Shown: piece after piece, positions 12,813 to 26,228 of the stretch
How the letters are laid out: every line of letters begins with the position of its first letter
Numbering within the stretch: position 1 is the stretch's first letter
Program-made: the position numbers and the translations under genes
Origin: Octopus sinensis
Lineage: Eukaryota
Reading direction: 5' to 3'
Assembly: GCF_006345805.1 (NCBI RefSeq)
Contig: NC_043002.1
Location: 49,042,001-49,106,000, forward strand
Length of the DNA stretch: 64,000 nt
The notes under the pieces: generated by a model
The model's database searches: none
What the model saw: only the letters and a program-made list of their open reading frames with translations
What the model was told of the DNA's origin: nothing

Positions 12813-13158
12813 AATCGAATTGAACCAGCCAGGATCCCTGGTCTGGTGGTACGTAAAAAGCACTATCCGACTCGTGGCCGATGCCAGCACCGCCTCGACT
12901 GGCTTCCGTGCCGGTGGCACATAAAATACACCAATCTGACCGTGGCCGTTGCCAGCCCCGCCTGGCACCTGTGCAGGTGGCACGTAAAAAGCACCCACTA
13001 CACTCACGGAGTGGTTGGCGTTAGGAAGGGCATCCAGCTGTAGAAACATTGCCAGATTAGACTGGAGCCTGGTGCAGCCTTCTGGCTTCCCAGAACCCCG
13101 GTCGAACCGTCCAACCCATGCTAGCATGGAGAACGGACGTTAAACGACGATGATGATA
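12813..13158 (+). mobile_element. Young RTE-derived 3' UTR / SINE-like repeat
   Basis: CpG-rich copy ending ggacgttaaacgacgatgatgat; homologous to 7845-8145. Confidence 0.8.
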
Positions 13159-13202
13159 TGTACAAACACATACACACACACATATATATATGCATACATA
13201 TA

Positions 13203-13560
13203 TAGACGCAAGAATGGCTGTATGGTAAGTAGCTTGCTTACCAACCACATGGTTCCAGGTTCAGTCCCACTGTATGGCATCTTGGGCAAGTGTCTTGTAC
13301 TATAGTCTTGGGGTGACTAAAGCCTTGTGAGTGGATTGGGTAGATGGAAATTGAAAGAAGCCAGTCCTATATATGTATATAAATATGTGTGTATGTCTGT
13401 GTTTGTCACCGCAACATTACTTGACAACCGATGCTGGTGTGTTTATGTCCCCCGTAACTTAGCAGTTCAGCAAAAGAGGCCAATACAATAAGTACTAGGC
13501 TTACAAAGAATCTCCCGGAGTCAATTTGCTTGACTAAAGGAGGTGCTCCAGCATGGCCAC
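13203..13560 (+). mobile_element. tRNA-derived SINE, family A
   Basis: Colinear with 54122-54516. Confidence 0.85.
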
Positions 13561-14075
13561 AACAAATCCATTCCCTTCTTCAGCATAACATTCTGTTGAT
13601 TTTGAAATTAATAATTATTTACCCTTATATTATTAATAATGGAATTTTTCAATCCCTTATGACAATCCATAGTTCTATTCCTGAGGAACTATTTTTGTGA
13701 CGCACGTGGTAAAATTTTGGAGGAAAAATGCGAATTCATTCATCTATGTGGATTTAGCCTGTGTTAATTGTCTCATGCTATCTCCGATGGCGCAAGGTTG
13801 GAAAGCAAGAGGTATGTAAGTTAACATTTGTAAATCTATCTAAAGGAATGTTACGCTGAAGAAGGGAATGGATTTGTTTATAATTCTGACCCAGAAATGC
13901 GTCTGTAACTAATCGAAGACTTTGTTTTCGTTATTTTTCATCCTGTTTTACATATGTGAGTTACATGTATATGTTATAAGTGGAGTTATATTTGTAGAAA
14001 ATAGAAAGAAGTGGTCTTTGACTGCTATTTCTAATTTTTCGGTATGTGGCTAAGCAACCTGTTGCTTACCCTTTT

Positions 14076-14107
<32 letters not shown>

Positions 14108-14229
14108 AAGAGAGAGAGAACCTTTTAAAAAGGTTCCTACCGATAATGGTTATATTTCCATACCGAAATCTATCTGGAAATAATTGTTGATTTTAAAATT
14201 AATAATTATTTACCCTTATATTATTAATA
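13561..14229 (+). mobile_element. Hammerhead-bearing ~590-bp unit (PLE pseudo-LTR / retrozyme-like) with short inverted 5' arm
   Basis: 44-bp direct repeat at 13595-13638 and 14186-14229 (period 591); 13561-13592 is an inverted copy of ~13848-13879; shares blocks with 35166-36022 (gctgctatttcta..ttcggtatgtgg.taagcaa). Confidence 0.7.
13850..13909 (+). ncRNA. Type I hammerhead ribozyme-like motif, GUC site
   Basis: GTTACG CTGAAGA AGGG...CCCA GAAA TGCG TC TGTAAC: 6-bp stem I; stem II GGG/CCC plus GGATT/AATTC; near-palindromic stem III. Confidence 0.75.
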
Positions 14230-17200
14230 TATATATATATATATTCTCTGGCTTTGCATTTCACCAGTCACTTTGGTCCTTTGTCTATTCCTCTATAAGG
14301 TGCAGAATTCTGAGAACAATCATTACCAGTTCTCCAATGTCTTCCTGAATCTTCCTCTTGTCTTTCTGGGTTTATATATGCATATATTTACATGTGTGTG
14401 TATCTGTGTCAGGGTTTGCATTTATGCCCCTGTTACTGAGTAGTTCAGTAAATAGTGATTGATAAAATAATTACCAGACATAAAAAAAAGAAATTGTGTA
14501 TTAAGGGTCAACAAACGTACGGAGGCAACACTCCTACATGGTTGCTGTCCAATGACTAAAACCAGTAAAAGAATAAAAGAATGAAAATTGTAAAATCTGT
14601 GTTGAATACAGATTCTTACTGAACACAACATCTGGGATTGGAATAATTTCTTTTTGTATCTTTTTCCCTATTTCTTAATTTAAAATTCAAGCTTTTTAAT
14701 CCTCCCAAATACTATGAAGAAATGATTATCTCCCTTCTATAAACTATCTAACACCACATATTTGAATAATGATTTATAAATAAAATGTTTGCTAATTCAT
14801 TGGCTATTATATTTTTAAAGAATGGATGCAAAATCAACTTTAACATGTGTCACTGGGTATCTAATTTTCTTTTTTTATATTTTAGATGCAAGTATCCGTG
14901 TGTAGTTAAAAGTTTGCCTTCTAACCATGTGGTTTTAGGTTCAGTCCCACTTCCTGGAATCTTGGTCAAGTGTCTTCTACTGTAACCTCAGATCAACCTA
15001 AACCTTGTGAATAGGTTCAGTAGACTGAAACTGATTTAAGCCTGTTGGGCATGTGCACACACACATGTGTGTGTGTGTGCTTCCTTATCCTGACATAACA
15101 TGACTGTAAATGAGTGTCACTGTCATACAAGTGGTGTTATTCATTTCTGGTCTCCTTTAGAAATATGTCCAGCCATGGGGAAATATTTACTTAGCTTGGA
15201 AACAAGAGAAGGCTGATGATGTGAAGAGCATCCAAGCATAGAAAATCAGACTCAACAGATTCCATCTAACACATGCAAGCATGAAAAATGGGATGTAAAA
15301 TTGATGATGATGGCATCAACAAAAATGATGATAATGATGAATATCTTAAACAAAATTTTGTTGAAATGTAAAATTCTTATATTTATAAAATTCTAGTTAG
15401 TTTGAATTTTTGTTGTTTTGTTTTGCAGTCAATTCATTGTCATAAAGACTCAGATATTTTAAAGAGTTCCATATGACTGGTTCCATTAACCCTTTGCCTA
15501 CAAATTACGCTCTTTTATTTTGTGACCATATACATTTGTTCACTATATAAACTACTACGTTGATTTATGGCATATCACTGGTGACTCCTGTGATACAGAA
15601 CAAATATTATATTCATTCTATGCTGTGTGATACATACATTAAAGAGTGTTAAAATGTCTATTACATCTCCATTTATGGAATATTTTATCATCTATTTATG
15701 ATTTTTTTTCTGAAGCGTATATTTCAGACTATGTTACGTATGCCTTAATGGCTTCACTTTCCCAATCTTCTTTTATGGAGAGCAGCGCTTCAGTGATGGT
15801 GATGATAGTGACTTGCACCCTTTGGTATTGAACCTGATACCTAAACTTTTGATGAATTCCATGTCTCCATACCTATCAATTCTAATTTGATTCCAATCTG
15901 AGAAATACAAAGAAATATGTATTCTATACATTTCCTAAAATTCAAATAATGTAGTATGAACCACAACAGTGTGTGGCGCCATAAAAATCATCTCCATTAG
16001 GTGATACTGGTGACTCCCATCATTGGCTTGGGAACAGGGGCTACAAGGAGTGCAAGTACATCCCCCTAAAACTTTTAGGGGTCAATGAAAATGCTTTGAA
16101 CATCCTCCTGAAAAACTTTATTTGAAACATTTTTCCATTATTGGATTTATGATTTTATTGATGTACAAATATAGAAATAATGATTATTATTACACCTGTT
16201 TTCATTAATGATATTAAGATTTCAAAATATCAAACTAGTTTGTAAAAAATTTGGGCCTGGGTTTGCACCCACTAAGTAAATCTCATTCTTGCACTCCTAT
16301 GAGATATGAAGAAGTGACTTCTATGGTTGGCAAAGTGTTAAAGGAATTGAAATGAAGTCAGCATCAGCTCACTTAACTATAAAAATAATGCAGCTAACTA
16401 GATTTTGGAGTTATTTTAGAAAGTTAGCATGAAATAATTATTGCTGACAGTTTGTTGTTCTCTTTCCGCCATATATCGCATAAAAAAATCTGTTTACTGT
16501 CTAAATTTAGAAGCAGCAATCTGAATGATGGTGGTGGCTATGAAGAAATTTATATGAGAAGCATTGATAGAATATATATGTTTTGGAGAAGCTAAATGGA
16601 ATCTTCTAGATTAGCTGGACATCAGTACTGGCTGTATAAACACATACTTTCAAAAATCACCTCAAGTCTGATAAATTCTCTTCTTGAGAAAAAATATACC
16701 AGAAAAAATATATAAAAACAGCCTGCAAAGGAATATGCTGTTTTATTTTGTATTTCATTTTATTTGTTGTGTAATATATTTTTTTAATGGCTATGTTTGT
16801 TTTTTAGTAAGTGCTAATAAGAGAAAGTAGAAACAAACAAAAAAAAAATTGCTGAGATTGTTTTTTTGTATTTGTGTTTTGGAAACTCTCCATCAAAGCA
16901 CCAATACTTTAATCTCAAATATAGGGGGAGATAATTAATGGGGAACAGTATTCTGATCGTATATTTTTTTCTAAAGCTTCGAATTGTTTTTTATAATTCT
17001 TTTTTTTTCATTTATTATTATTATTTCTTTTTTTTTTTGGATAGTTTTTCCACCACCAACCATGCTATTATGTTGCATTGTTTCTTGACTATATTCATGA
17101 GCTGAAGAAAGAAGAAGTTAGAATGTAACAGTTGCAAATTTGACAGATAACAACTGAGTTTACCTCTCTTTTACTCTTCTCTTTAACTACAGTGTATGTT

Positions 17201-18105
17201 ACTGCTCTAAACTCTTCTTCCAACAGCTGCATTAACAGTTTTAACATCTTTTATAAATGCACAACCAGCCAAGAACAGACACTATTTTTCGTTCCATTTT
17301 TTCTTATTTTCTGGGGGGTTTTTTTGCCTTGTATCATTACTTTATCTAAAGATTGCATTTTTTTCCCTCCTATTCTCCTTAGTCATCTTCCTTTGTCTTA
17401 TCATCTACTTCCCACTCCTATTTAGAACAAGCTCTTGATCAGAAGAATTTTTTTTTTATTTTGTAGCTAGCTAATTAATTACTTGCAGAGCCTGCTGACA
17501 TAGTCTGAGTGATTAGGTGAGATGGAAATGATTATGTTGGAAGCAAAGTGAAGAGGCTTGTTCATCAAGGTGGACTACAGTTACTTGCAGTCGTCTGTGA
17601 TTAAATCAATATGTTGAAACTTCGATGTTTAGCTGGAAAATAGATGAGCAAAGAGTGTAGCTGAGAACAGTAATTCCAGTGCCTTTGACAAATACAAATG
17701 TGCTGTAGGAAGGCAGCATTGATCAGGAGCCATTTAATGTGGAAGTGGTAAAAATCTGGAAAGGAAAGGAGAATGGGTGGGGAATTTGTGCTCTTTATGA
17801 AGCTACTATCAGCAATGCTTATGATTTGGACTCGATCATATTATGACATGCATAGTCCATCATAAAAAATTTTTATCTTCTCAGTAGTTTTTGAAATGGG
17901 AATGTAAACACCTTGTCTTCTCATTTGTATGATAGATTTACATATACTATAAAAAAACATACCACGATACATATGCACACATGTATATATGTATATAAAT
18001 GTATATTTGCATATTAAATATATATACACATATACATATTACATATACATATACATACATACATATACATACATATATATATATCCCTCTCTCTCTCTTT
18101 CAGAG

Positions 18106-18296
18106 AGGCACAAGCACCTACACGCACATATACACACACGGCAGTAACTTCTGCCTACCGAATCCAATCACAAAGCTCCGGTCGGCTCGGGGTTATAGTG
18201 GAAGACACCTACCCAAAGTGCCACGCAGTGGGACTGAACCCGAAACCATGTAGCTAGGAAGCAAGCTCCCTAACCACACAGCCATGCCCGCGCCTA
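18106..18296 (-). mobile_element. tRNA-derived SINE family A, 5' half
   Basis: Reverse complement starts ggcgcgggcatggctgtgtggttagggagc and contains ggttcagtcccactgcgtgg. Confidence 0.8.
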
Positions 18297-18349
18297 TGTA
18301 TATATATATATATCTGTGTGTGTGTATATTTCTGTACACACACACAATA

Positions 18350-18525
18350 TGCTTAATGGCATTTCAACTGTCTTTGTGTTCAGAGTTCAAACTCTGCTGA
18401 GATCAATTTTGTTTTTATCCTTTTGGGGTTGATAAATAAGTACCAGCTGAGTACTGGGGTCAAATGTAGTTGACTTATTCCCTCCCCAGAAATTGTTGAC
18501 CTTGTGCCAAAATTGGAAACCAATA
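18350..18525 (+). mobile_element. tRNA-derived SINE family B
   Basis: gagttcaaactctgc B-box-like motif followed by tttatccttttggggttgataaataagtaccag; homologous to 53761-53908. Confidence 0.7.
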
Positions 18526-18689
18526 TTACAAGACTTTCACATGCTCATCTTCATGATATGAAATTTTATTGGCACTATTTATAGTAGGTAAATGTAATTT
18601 GTGTAAACTTTATTTGCAGAACTTCTGTAATTGGTAGGAGAGAGAGAAAAAAATAATTTCAACCTCGAAACCTATATTGTAAGCTTGCA

Positions 18690-19075
18690 ACAGAGTAGAT
18701 CCTACTGAAGACACCCAAAGTGCTAAATTAGAAGTAAGTCTTACATCTAAATGAGTCATGATAGGTTTGGGTTCAGAAAAACAAAAAAAGCTGTCAGAAA
18801 TACTACATGGTATTTGATCCAGCAATCTTACATTTATGTCAATTCACTATTCTGGATTCTTATAACTTTATCAATGCTGTAAAAATGAAAAACAATGATC
18901 TTAATGTGATATGAATACAGAGCCCATAGAGTGGGATCAAGTACCACAAGGCATTCTTTCCAATACTCTTTTGACTCAACAGAAAAAAAAATACCTAAGT
19001 AAATATTTAGAAACTTCTGAACATTAGAAAACCACCTCATTGTTGCAGATGCATCATCAACATTCTTGCTATTGT
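18690..19075 (+). pseudogene. Heavily decayed non-LTR retrotransposon RT remnant
   Basis: Stop-riddled reading KLSEILHGI*...HYSG...DQVPQGILSNTLL...NHLIVADA echoes the order of RT motifs (KLW-IL--YGI, GVPQG-ILSP-LF, HLLFADD). Confidence 0.4.
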
Positions 19076-22000
19076 AACGTTTTAAGTGGTTGAAGAATAT
19101 GTAGTTGTATTATCTTTTACCTTTTACTTGTTTCAGTGATTGGACTGCAGCCATATTGGAGCACTGTCTTAAAGAGTTTAATCAGGCAAATTGACCCAGG
19201 ACTTATTCTTAAGTCTGCTATTTATTCTTTTGGTCTCCTATGACAAACTACTAAGCTACAAGGTCCAAAACCAACCAGAACTGGTTGTCAAACAGTGACT
19301 TGGGCCAAAGACAAACACACACATGTGCATGTACACAAACACACACACATACATGCCTACATACATATGCACATTCACACATACATGCATGCATGCATAC
19401 ATGTATGCATGCATACATACATACATACTACATACATACATACATACAAACAAACAAACAAACAAACAAACAAACAAACAAATCAGGATTCTATACAGTT
19501 CCTGTCAATCAAATTCTCTCATAAGATATTGGTTGGTCCAGTGCTTGAAGACACTTGCCCAAGGTGCTGCAGTGTGAAACTGAACCCAGAATCATGTGCT
19601 TGCAAAGCAAGCTTCTTAACCACACATACATTTGCTTAAAACAACAAATATTCAGAAGACAGCAGGAAAACAGGTTAAATACTTGTACCCCATTCATTGA
19701 GACATGCTTGAGTAATTTTGTCATTTCTTTAACAGAGGAAATATATTATTGTATGTTAATTCAGGTTTAATGTATTTGCTCAGGACAAATAGATTGAATG
19801 CAAACAAATTACAACCATGCTCTCGAGTGATCATAGCAAATCTTCAATAGAAATTAATACTTCTCATTTGGCCAAATCAACCATATAATATTACCATGAG
19901 AAGATGATATTATAGAACATTATCACCTAAGCAAATAAATATTATTTTCTCAAATAGTTAGTGCCATAGAAGAAAAATGCCAACTTACATCCACTCTTCA
20001 TTTCACCTTTATGCATGTAACAATATGGTTAAGTTACTTAAACTCTAAGTGAGCAAAGTCTATGATTCAGTTTCTAGTTGGAACCAGTTTCCTTCACATA
20101 TGCTGCTAAAATTTGTTGCTTTTTATATTATTATATTTATATTGCAATATGCTACCTTTCTTTCGATTAATTTTATTAAAAAAATGAGGATTTTATTAAA
20201 ATAAATTTGTCATTATTAAATTTTATGGAAAATGTTACTTTAGATTTCTTTAAAATAGAGAATTCATATTATAGAACCAAGGTCAGTTTCAGATGGTTTA
20301 GTATTAGGAGGGTTAATTCTTTTGCTACCAACTTGTCTGTAAAAGGTTAAACCTTTTGATATTCAAACCTGTTTTAAACCCAGTATAAATATCTGAGTTA
20401 GATAAAGTGCAAGACACTTGGTTTCAGTTCTCACCTGAAACTAATCTACTTTAACATACATCATATCTAAAGCTTCCAAAAACGGAATGAATATCTCATC
20501 ATGTCATTTAGCTATGCCTAAAAATTTGTTAACTTGTGATGAAGGCAGAAATTAAAATTTATTCACCAGACAAGTTGATGAAGTGTTATGGATTAAGCCG
20601 AGAGAGACATAGACATATGTCGACATATAATGTCTACATGGTCTAAAAGAGATTTTCTGAAGAAAAATCATAAAAAACAGAAAAATCAATGGGTCATTTT
20701 TCTTTTGCTTTTCTTTTTCTCTGGTTTTGAAACAATACTGATACTTGGTGGAATTAGAAAATCTGATAAATCTATGCAGAAGAAATAGTTAAGTTTGATT
20801 GATTGGAAAACAAAATTGAAAGTAACAGCTATATAGAGAACACCTTATGTAGTTGAGGCAAAGTGACAAAATAAAATATATCTTTTATGACTCACTATCC
20901 AGAATCGGTATAAAGATAGCTGAAATCCAAGTTTAAAAGCAGCTAACTAAATCTGGTGATATGTATGTAAAGCATGAAAAAACCAAATTTTTTTTCTCAC
21001 ATACCTTGGCAACGATTTTATTAATATATATTGTTGATGATGGTCCCTAATTTTTACACATTACATCCAAGATGTTTTCTCCATCAATAAATGACAAATG
21101 TACTGATGCATGTCTGATTAGAAGCAGTTCAAATGTCTAAGAGATTACTCTTTTTACTTTTTTATCTTTTACAGAAAAAGAAGAAAAAAAAAGAGCTTGA
21201 TGCTAAATACATTATTATTATTATTATTTTTCTTCTTTTTTGTGTGTGTATATGTATGTTTGTTTCACATAGCATATTTCTACTTAGACTTCAGCAGCTT
21301 TGTTCAGGTTTTCATTTCAGAACCCAAGATATACTTCTTTGTTGACACAATTTCTCTTACAGCGTCATCTTGTCATCTGTAATAGACAATGTCAAACAAC
21401 ATGCATCCCCTGCTACATATAAACACACAATGTTAAGCCACACATAATCTACACATACATACACAATGTATTGATTAGTTTCAGCTCATTCTGATACTAC
21501 AGATTCTCTGATTTCCTGCCATTTCCTTTCTTCTAAAGCAGTCTTTTAGTGGCAACAAACTCCCTTGATAATTTCCAAACTCTGAAGCAGGTATACATCC
21601 TGATGGAAATATACATGGATTTCTATAGCAAAACAAATAATTTTATGCCAATTTTCAAAAGTAGACATTCGTAAGTTTCTTTTGAGGCTAAACATCTTTT
21701 TTTTTTAACACTATCATGGATTGGGGGTAGTTTTTCAAAAATGTCACCGCATATGTAAAGTAGAATGGAACCAAAGTGAAGTAACTAGATTTGTGTATTT
21801 TGTTAAGAGACAGAGCACATTAACTTTTACAACACTGCATTTTCTCTAGAATTGTTTCTCCTACCACTGCCTTGTTACTACAGGGGAGAAAACTCATACA
21901 GTGACATGATGCACCTACCATGTGCTAAAGGTTAACTGCAATAAATCTGAACAGAGCTTGTGAACAGTTGACTAATCATATAGGAATTGTCTGTCTAAAT

Positions 22001-23082
22001 TTATACTTATCATCATTATTTTTAATGTCCACTTTTTCATGCTTGCCTGGGTCAAATGGAATTTGTTGAAGCAGATTTTCTATGACTAGATGCTCTTCCT
22101 GTTGCAAACACTCACCAGTTTCTAAGCGAAATATTTTACCATGTTTGGACATGTTTTCATGGAATATTGGAAGTAAAAAACACTGCTTTAATGATGGTGA
22201 TGCACTTTTACAGCTATCACATAATGTCAAGACAAGGAGACACAAATACACAGATACCCATGCACACACATTGCATACACAATGAACTTCTTTCAGTTTC
22301 CATCCAACAAAAACACTCATGAGGTTTTAGTTGACATGGGGCTGTTGTAGAAAATACCTGTTAAGGTGCCATACAGAGAGATTGAGCTTGAAACTACATT
22401 GTTGCAAAGCAAACTTCTTAACTACTCAGCCATATAGTCTCTGTGTTGTAAGTTGTCTGCAAGTAATTACTGTTTTTAGTAGCCATTGGCTCTGAAACCC
22501 TCATACTATCCTTTGGATTATTTTGCACCAAATCAACTAAACATATCTGGTTCTGAAATCTTGATTTTCTCTGTTTTTTTTTTTTTTTTTTTTTTTTGTA
22601 TTTTGACTTTTTGATTTTTGCTTCATGTCAACCTTTGTCAAATTGCAATCACAAAAAATCAATCATAAATTGCATTAAACTGTCCTTTTGTTTCTTAATG
22701 TCATGAATTGCTGATGAACTTGTGTAATATTCACAATCACCAGTATTTTGTTTTTAACCTCAGTTCAAATGCAATATTATTCAAATTTTGGGAAGCATGT
22801 GAGAGTTACAAGCTTTGTTTTCCTAACTTTTCCAACTGAATTTTTCTTATTAACATTGGAAGAGATTCTTACTGATATACATAAGTAGATTAAAGCAGAT
22901 ATTAAATATGTTGGTGTTGGCCTCTGTTGTTTTCAACTTCAATGCAAGCAATGTGCATATTTCAATTAGCTAGCCAATAATTTGTACAAACTTTTAACTA
23001 ACCTCCTAAAAAGAATTGTGAATATCACAGAACTTTATTGTATACATATACTATGTGTGCATGTTCTTTTTTCTTTATTTCT

Positions 23083-23510
23083 TTTATTCTTTTACTTGTT
23101 TCAGTCATTTTGACTGTAGCCATGCTGGAGCACCGCCTTTAGTTGAGCACAGGACTTATTCTTTGTAAGCTTAGTTCTTATTCTATTGGTCTCTTTTGTC
23201 AAACTGCTAAGTTACGGGGACATAAACACACCAGCATCGGTTGTCAAGCGATGTTAGGGGGACAAACACAGACACACAAACATACACAGACACACAAACA
23301 CACACACACACACACACACACACCCACACACACACACACATATATATAGATATGATGGGCTTCTTTCGGTTTCCGTCTACCAAATCCACTGAAAAGGCTT
23401 TGGTTGGCCTGAGGCGATAGTAGAAGACACTTGCCCAAGGTGCCACACAGTGGGACTGAACCCGGAACTATGTAGTTCATAAGCAAGCTACTTACCACTC
23501 CTACACCTAT
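23083..23510 (-). mobile_element. tRNA-derived SINE family A, full length
   Basis: Reverse complement colinear with 62708-63152, internal (CA)n. Confidence 0.9.
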
Positions 23511-23634
23511 GTGTATATGTTTGTACTAATGCGCACATGTGTGTGTGTGTGTTCATGTGCTTGTATGTGTGCTTGTACTGATGTGTGTTTGATGAGAATC
23601 AAGGTGTTTGCAATAGTTCACATGGAGTGGTTTA

Positions 23635-23858
23635 TTAACCCTTTAGCATTAAGATTACATTATCAAATATAATGTTTGTTTATTCACATACTTTGAATTT
23701 ATCCTGCATTATCTTGTAGCTTTGATATTTCAATTATGTGGTTTATTTTAAGACTAACATTGTATGGTAGGTGTGAGAGGCTGGATCTGACCAGTTTGAT
23801 TATAAAACAGGTAGAATACTTTGACTAGTTAAGGCTGGTTTAAATGCTAAGGAGTTAA
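23635..23858. mobile_element. piggyBac-like MITE
   Basis: ttaaccctttagcatt ... aatgctaaggagttaa: TTAA at both ends with ~12-bp imperfect TIRs. Confidence 0.7.
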
Positions 23859-24000
23859 AATAATTACACAAATTCAGCAAACCAACTGATTTTTCAGTTC
23901 TCTTGCTTACCTGCATCATGACAGCTAACTGATTATAAACACTGTGACAAAAAACATTAAGAGGAAGGCTTCATATAAATGGCCCAATGAAATCTAATAT

Positions 24001-24165
24001 ACAACATAGACAAGTAAGATCCAACATAGACAAGTAGGATTCAACATAGACAAGTAAGATTCAACATAGATAAGTAAGATTCAACATAGACAAGTAAGAT
24101 TCAACATAGACAAGTAAGATTCAATATAGACAAGTAAGATTCAACATAGACCAGTAAATTCCAAC
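24001..24165. repeat. 20-bp minisatellite, ~8 units (TCAACATAGACAAGTAAGAT)
   Basis: Head-to-tail units with 0-3 substitutions and no spacers. Confidence 0.95.
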
Positions 24166-24696
24166 CTCTGACCTTCACGAAAGGAACTTGTGTCACTTAA
24201 TAGAAATAACAATAGCACTAATTTGAACCAAGCAAATTGAAAATTACGCTTTGAGTATTTTTTTTTTAGCCCATCCTATACTTCAGAATATAAATGGCCA
24301 AAATGTCAACCTGTTCGTAAAAAAATGAAATCACCTCTGAACTTAAGAAATTTCTCAATAAGCAAATGGTTATACTCAAAGAGTTCAAACATATGTGCAA
24401 TTGGCCTGTCATCATTCTTTGAACATTACATTATATTACCTGTTGGGTGCATATTGTGAGCGATGTATTGCTAGATGGATAGATAGACGTTTATATAAGC
24501 CTTTTTACATACACACATATAAACATAAAATGCATATATAGTGTACTGTTCATTTGCTGATAAGTTCAGCAAAAAAAGTACTCAATCCAGTGAGAGATAA
24601 AGAGATAAATATCATTTAAAGAATACAAGTGCTATACTTGAGTTATGTTAAGTTTCAGGCTTGAATAGAGCAGTAATCACAGTTTTATTGTGTATT

Positions 24697-25150
24697 AAAC
24701 TACCTGTGACCCATTGGTCACCAATAGCTCAAGGTACCTGAAAAAACCCCACAAATCTCAGGAACCCATGGTCCAATTTGTGCGAAACTTGTTTTATTCC
24801 GTATGTATTCACATTTCAATATTACCATACTTTCAGAGTATTTTCTCATTATGTGCCAGTTTGGCTATTTATAAAGGTATTCACAGTAGAGGGCAATAAC
24901 TCCAGGTTTCACTGCTTAAATTCATGGAAGCAAACCCCAAAAAACCGCATATCTCAGAAATCCATGGTCTGATTTACACAAAACTTGATTTATTCTGTTT
25001 GTATTCACATTTCAGGGGTTTCTTACAATGAGAGTATCTTCCTATTATGTGCCGGTTTGGGTGTATAAAATTACAGACAAGCATGCATGCAAGCACGTAC
25101 ACATGCATGCTAGCAAGCAAGCAAGCAATCACACAGTTTTAGTAGTATAC
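24697..25150 (+). mobile_element. Putative non-autonomous Helentron/DINE-like element with internal ~130-bp duplication
   Basis: 24741-24875 is repeated divergently at ~24939-25070; start taaactacctgtgaccc; (GCAT)/(GCAA) microsatellite near the 3' end; end cacagttttagtagtat. Confidence 0.4.
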
Positions 25151-25873
25151 AAAATATGCACAATCTAGCAATCATTCTGGCTCAAAAAGCATGGCTATTC
25201 TATGAGGAAAGGTAGAGGGGGAAAAAAGTTACAAGAAAGAAACAAAAAGAAGAAAAATTACAAGGAAAAAATGAAGAAAATATTAGCAAACACTTTAAGG
25301 GAAAAGAACAATGGTCCCTTCAATCAATACAAAGAGAATATTGTTAATGTGTGCTTACATTTAAACAACTCTGACTAGTGGGATAAACAAATGTGAGAGA
25401 CTAAAGTGTTAAACTATATGTCTAAATCAGTGAGGGAGCATCATCCAGTTTGATATCAGAAACTTATCAAGATGCATAGATCTTGTAAAAATCTCTGATC
25501 TTGAGTGTAGTACGTCAGTGTAATCCTTAGATCTAATATTGACAACTTAATATGAGGCCTAGATCTCTTTATGATATTCTGCATGTTCTTAATATCTATT
25601 TTTCCATGCTTGACTAAGTCAAACAAGATGTTAAGGCAAGCTTTTCTATTGTTGGATGCTTTTCCAGTCACCAATCCTCACCTGTTTCCAACCAAAGTAA
25701 TATTTCTGTTAGTCTATAAAACAATGCACAGCTTGGACGTGATTTTGTAAAGAATGTCACTATTTGTGTGATTGGTACTTTGTTTATAATCAGCACACAA
25801 GACAAAGAGAATACACACTCAGTCTTGTGAACACACACACATACACACACACACGTTTGTGTGTAAGACACAC

Positions 25874-25925
<52 letters not shown>

Positions 25926-26195
25926 CTTTGTACCTCTGTTAGTTCCTCCCCCACTGCTTGACAACCGGTGTTGGTTTGTTCACATCCAATAATTCAGAGA
26001 TTTAGCAAAAGAAGCTAATAGAATAAGTGTACTCTGGTTGATTTGTTTCACTAAAACTGTACAAGGTGGTACCCCAACATGGCCATAATTCAATGACTGA
26101 GTGAAGTAAAAAATAACATATACACACACACATGTACACACACACACATGCACACACACACACATACATACATATATACATACATAAGTTTTCAC

Positions 26196-26228
<33 letters not shown>

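Noticed and set aside
14245-14375. Possible plus-strand exon after ctctataag acceptor
   Set aside because: The minus strand reads KTRGRFRKTLE...KDQSDW, a decayed RTE C-terminus.
17500-17830. Possible decayed CR1-like LINE segment on the minus strand
   Set aside because: Only vague motif resemblance; too degraded to call.
24001-24165. CRISPR-like array
   Set aside because: Units are contiguous with no unique spacers, there are no cas genes, and the context is eukaryotic.
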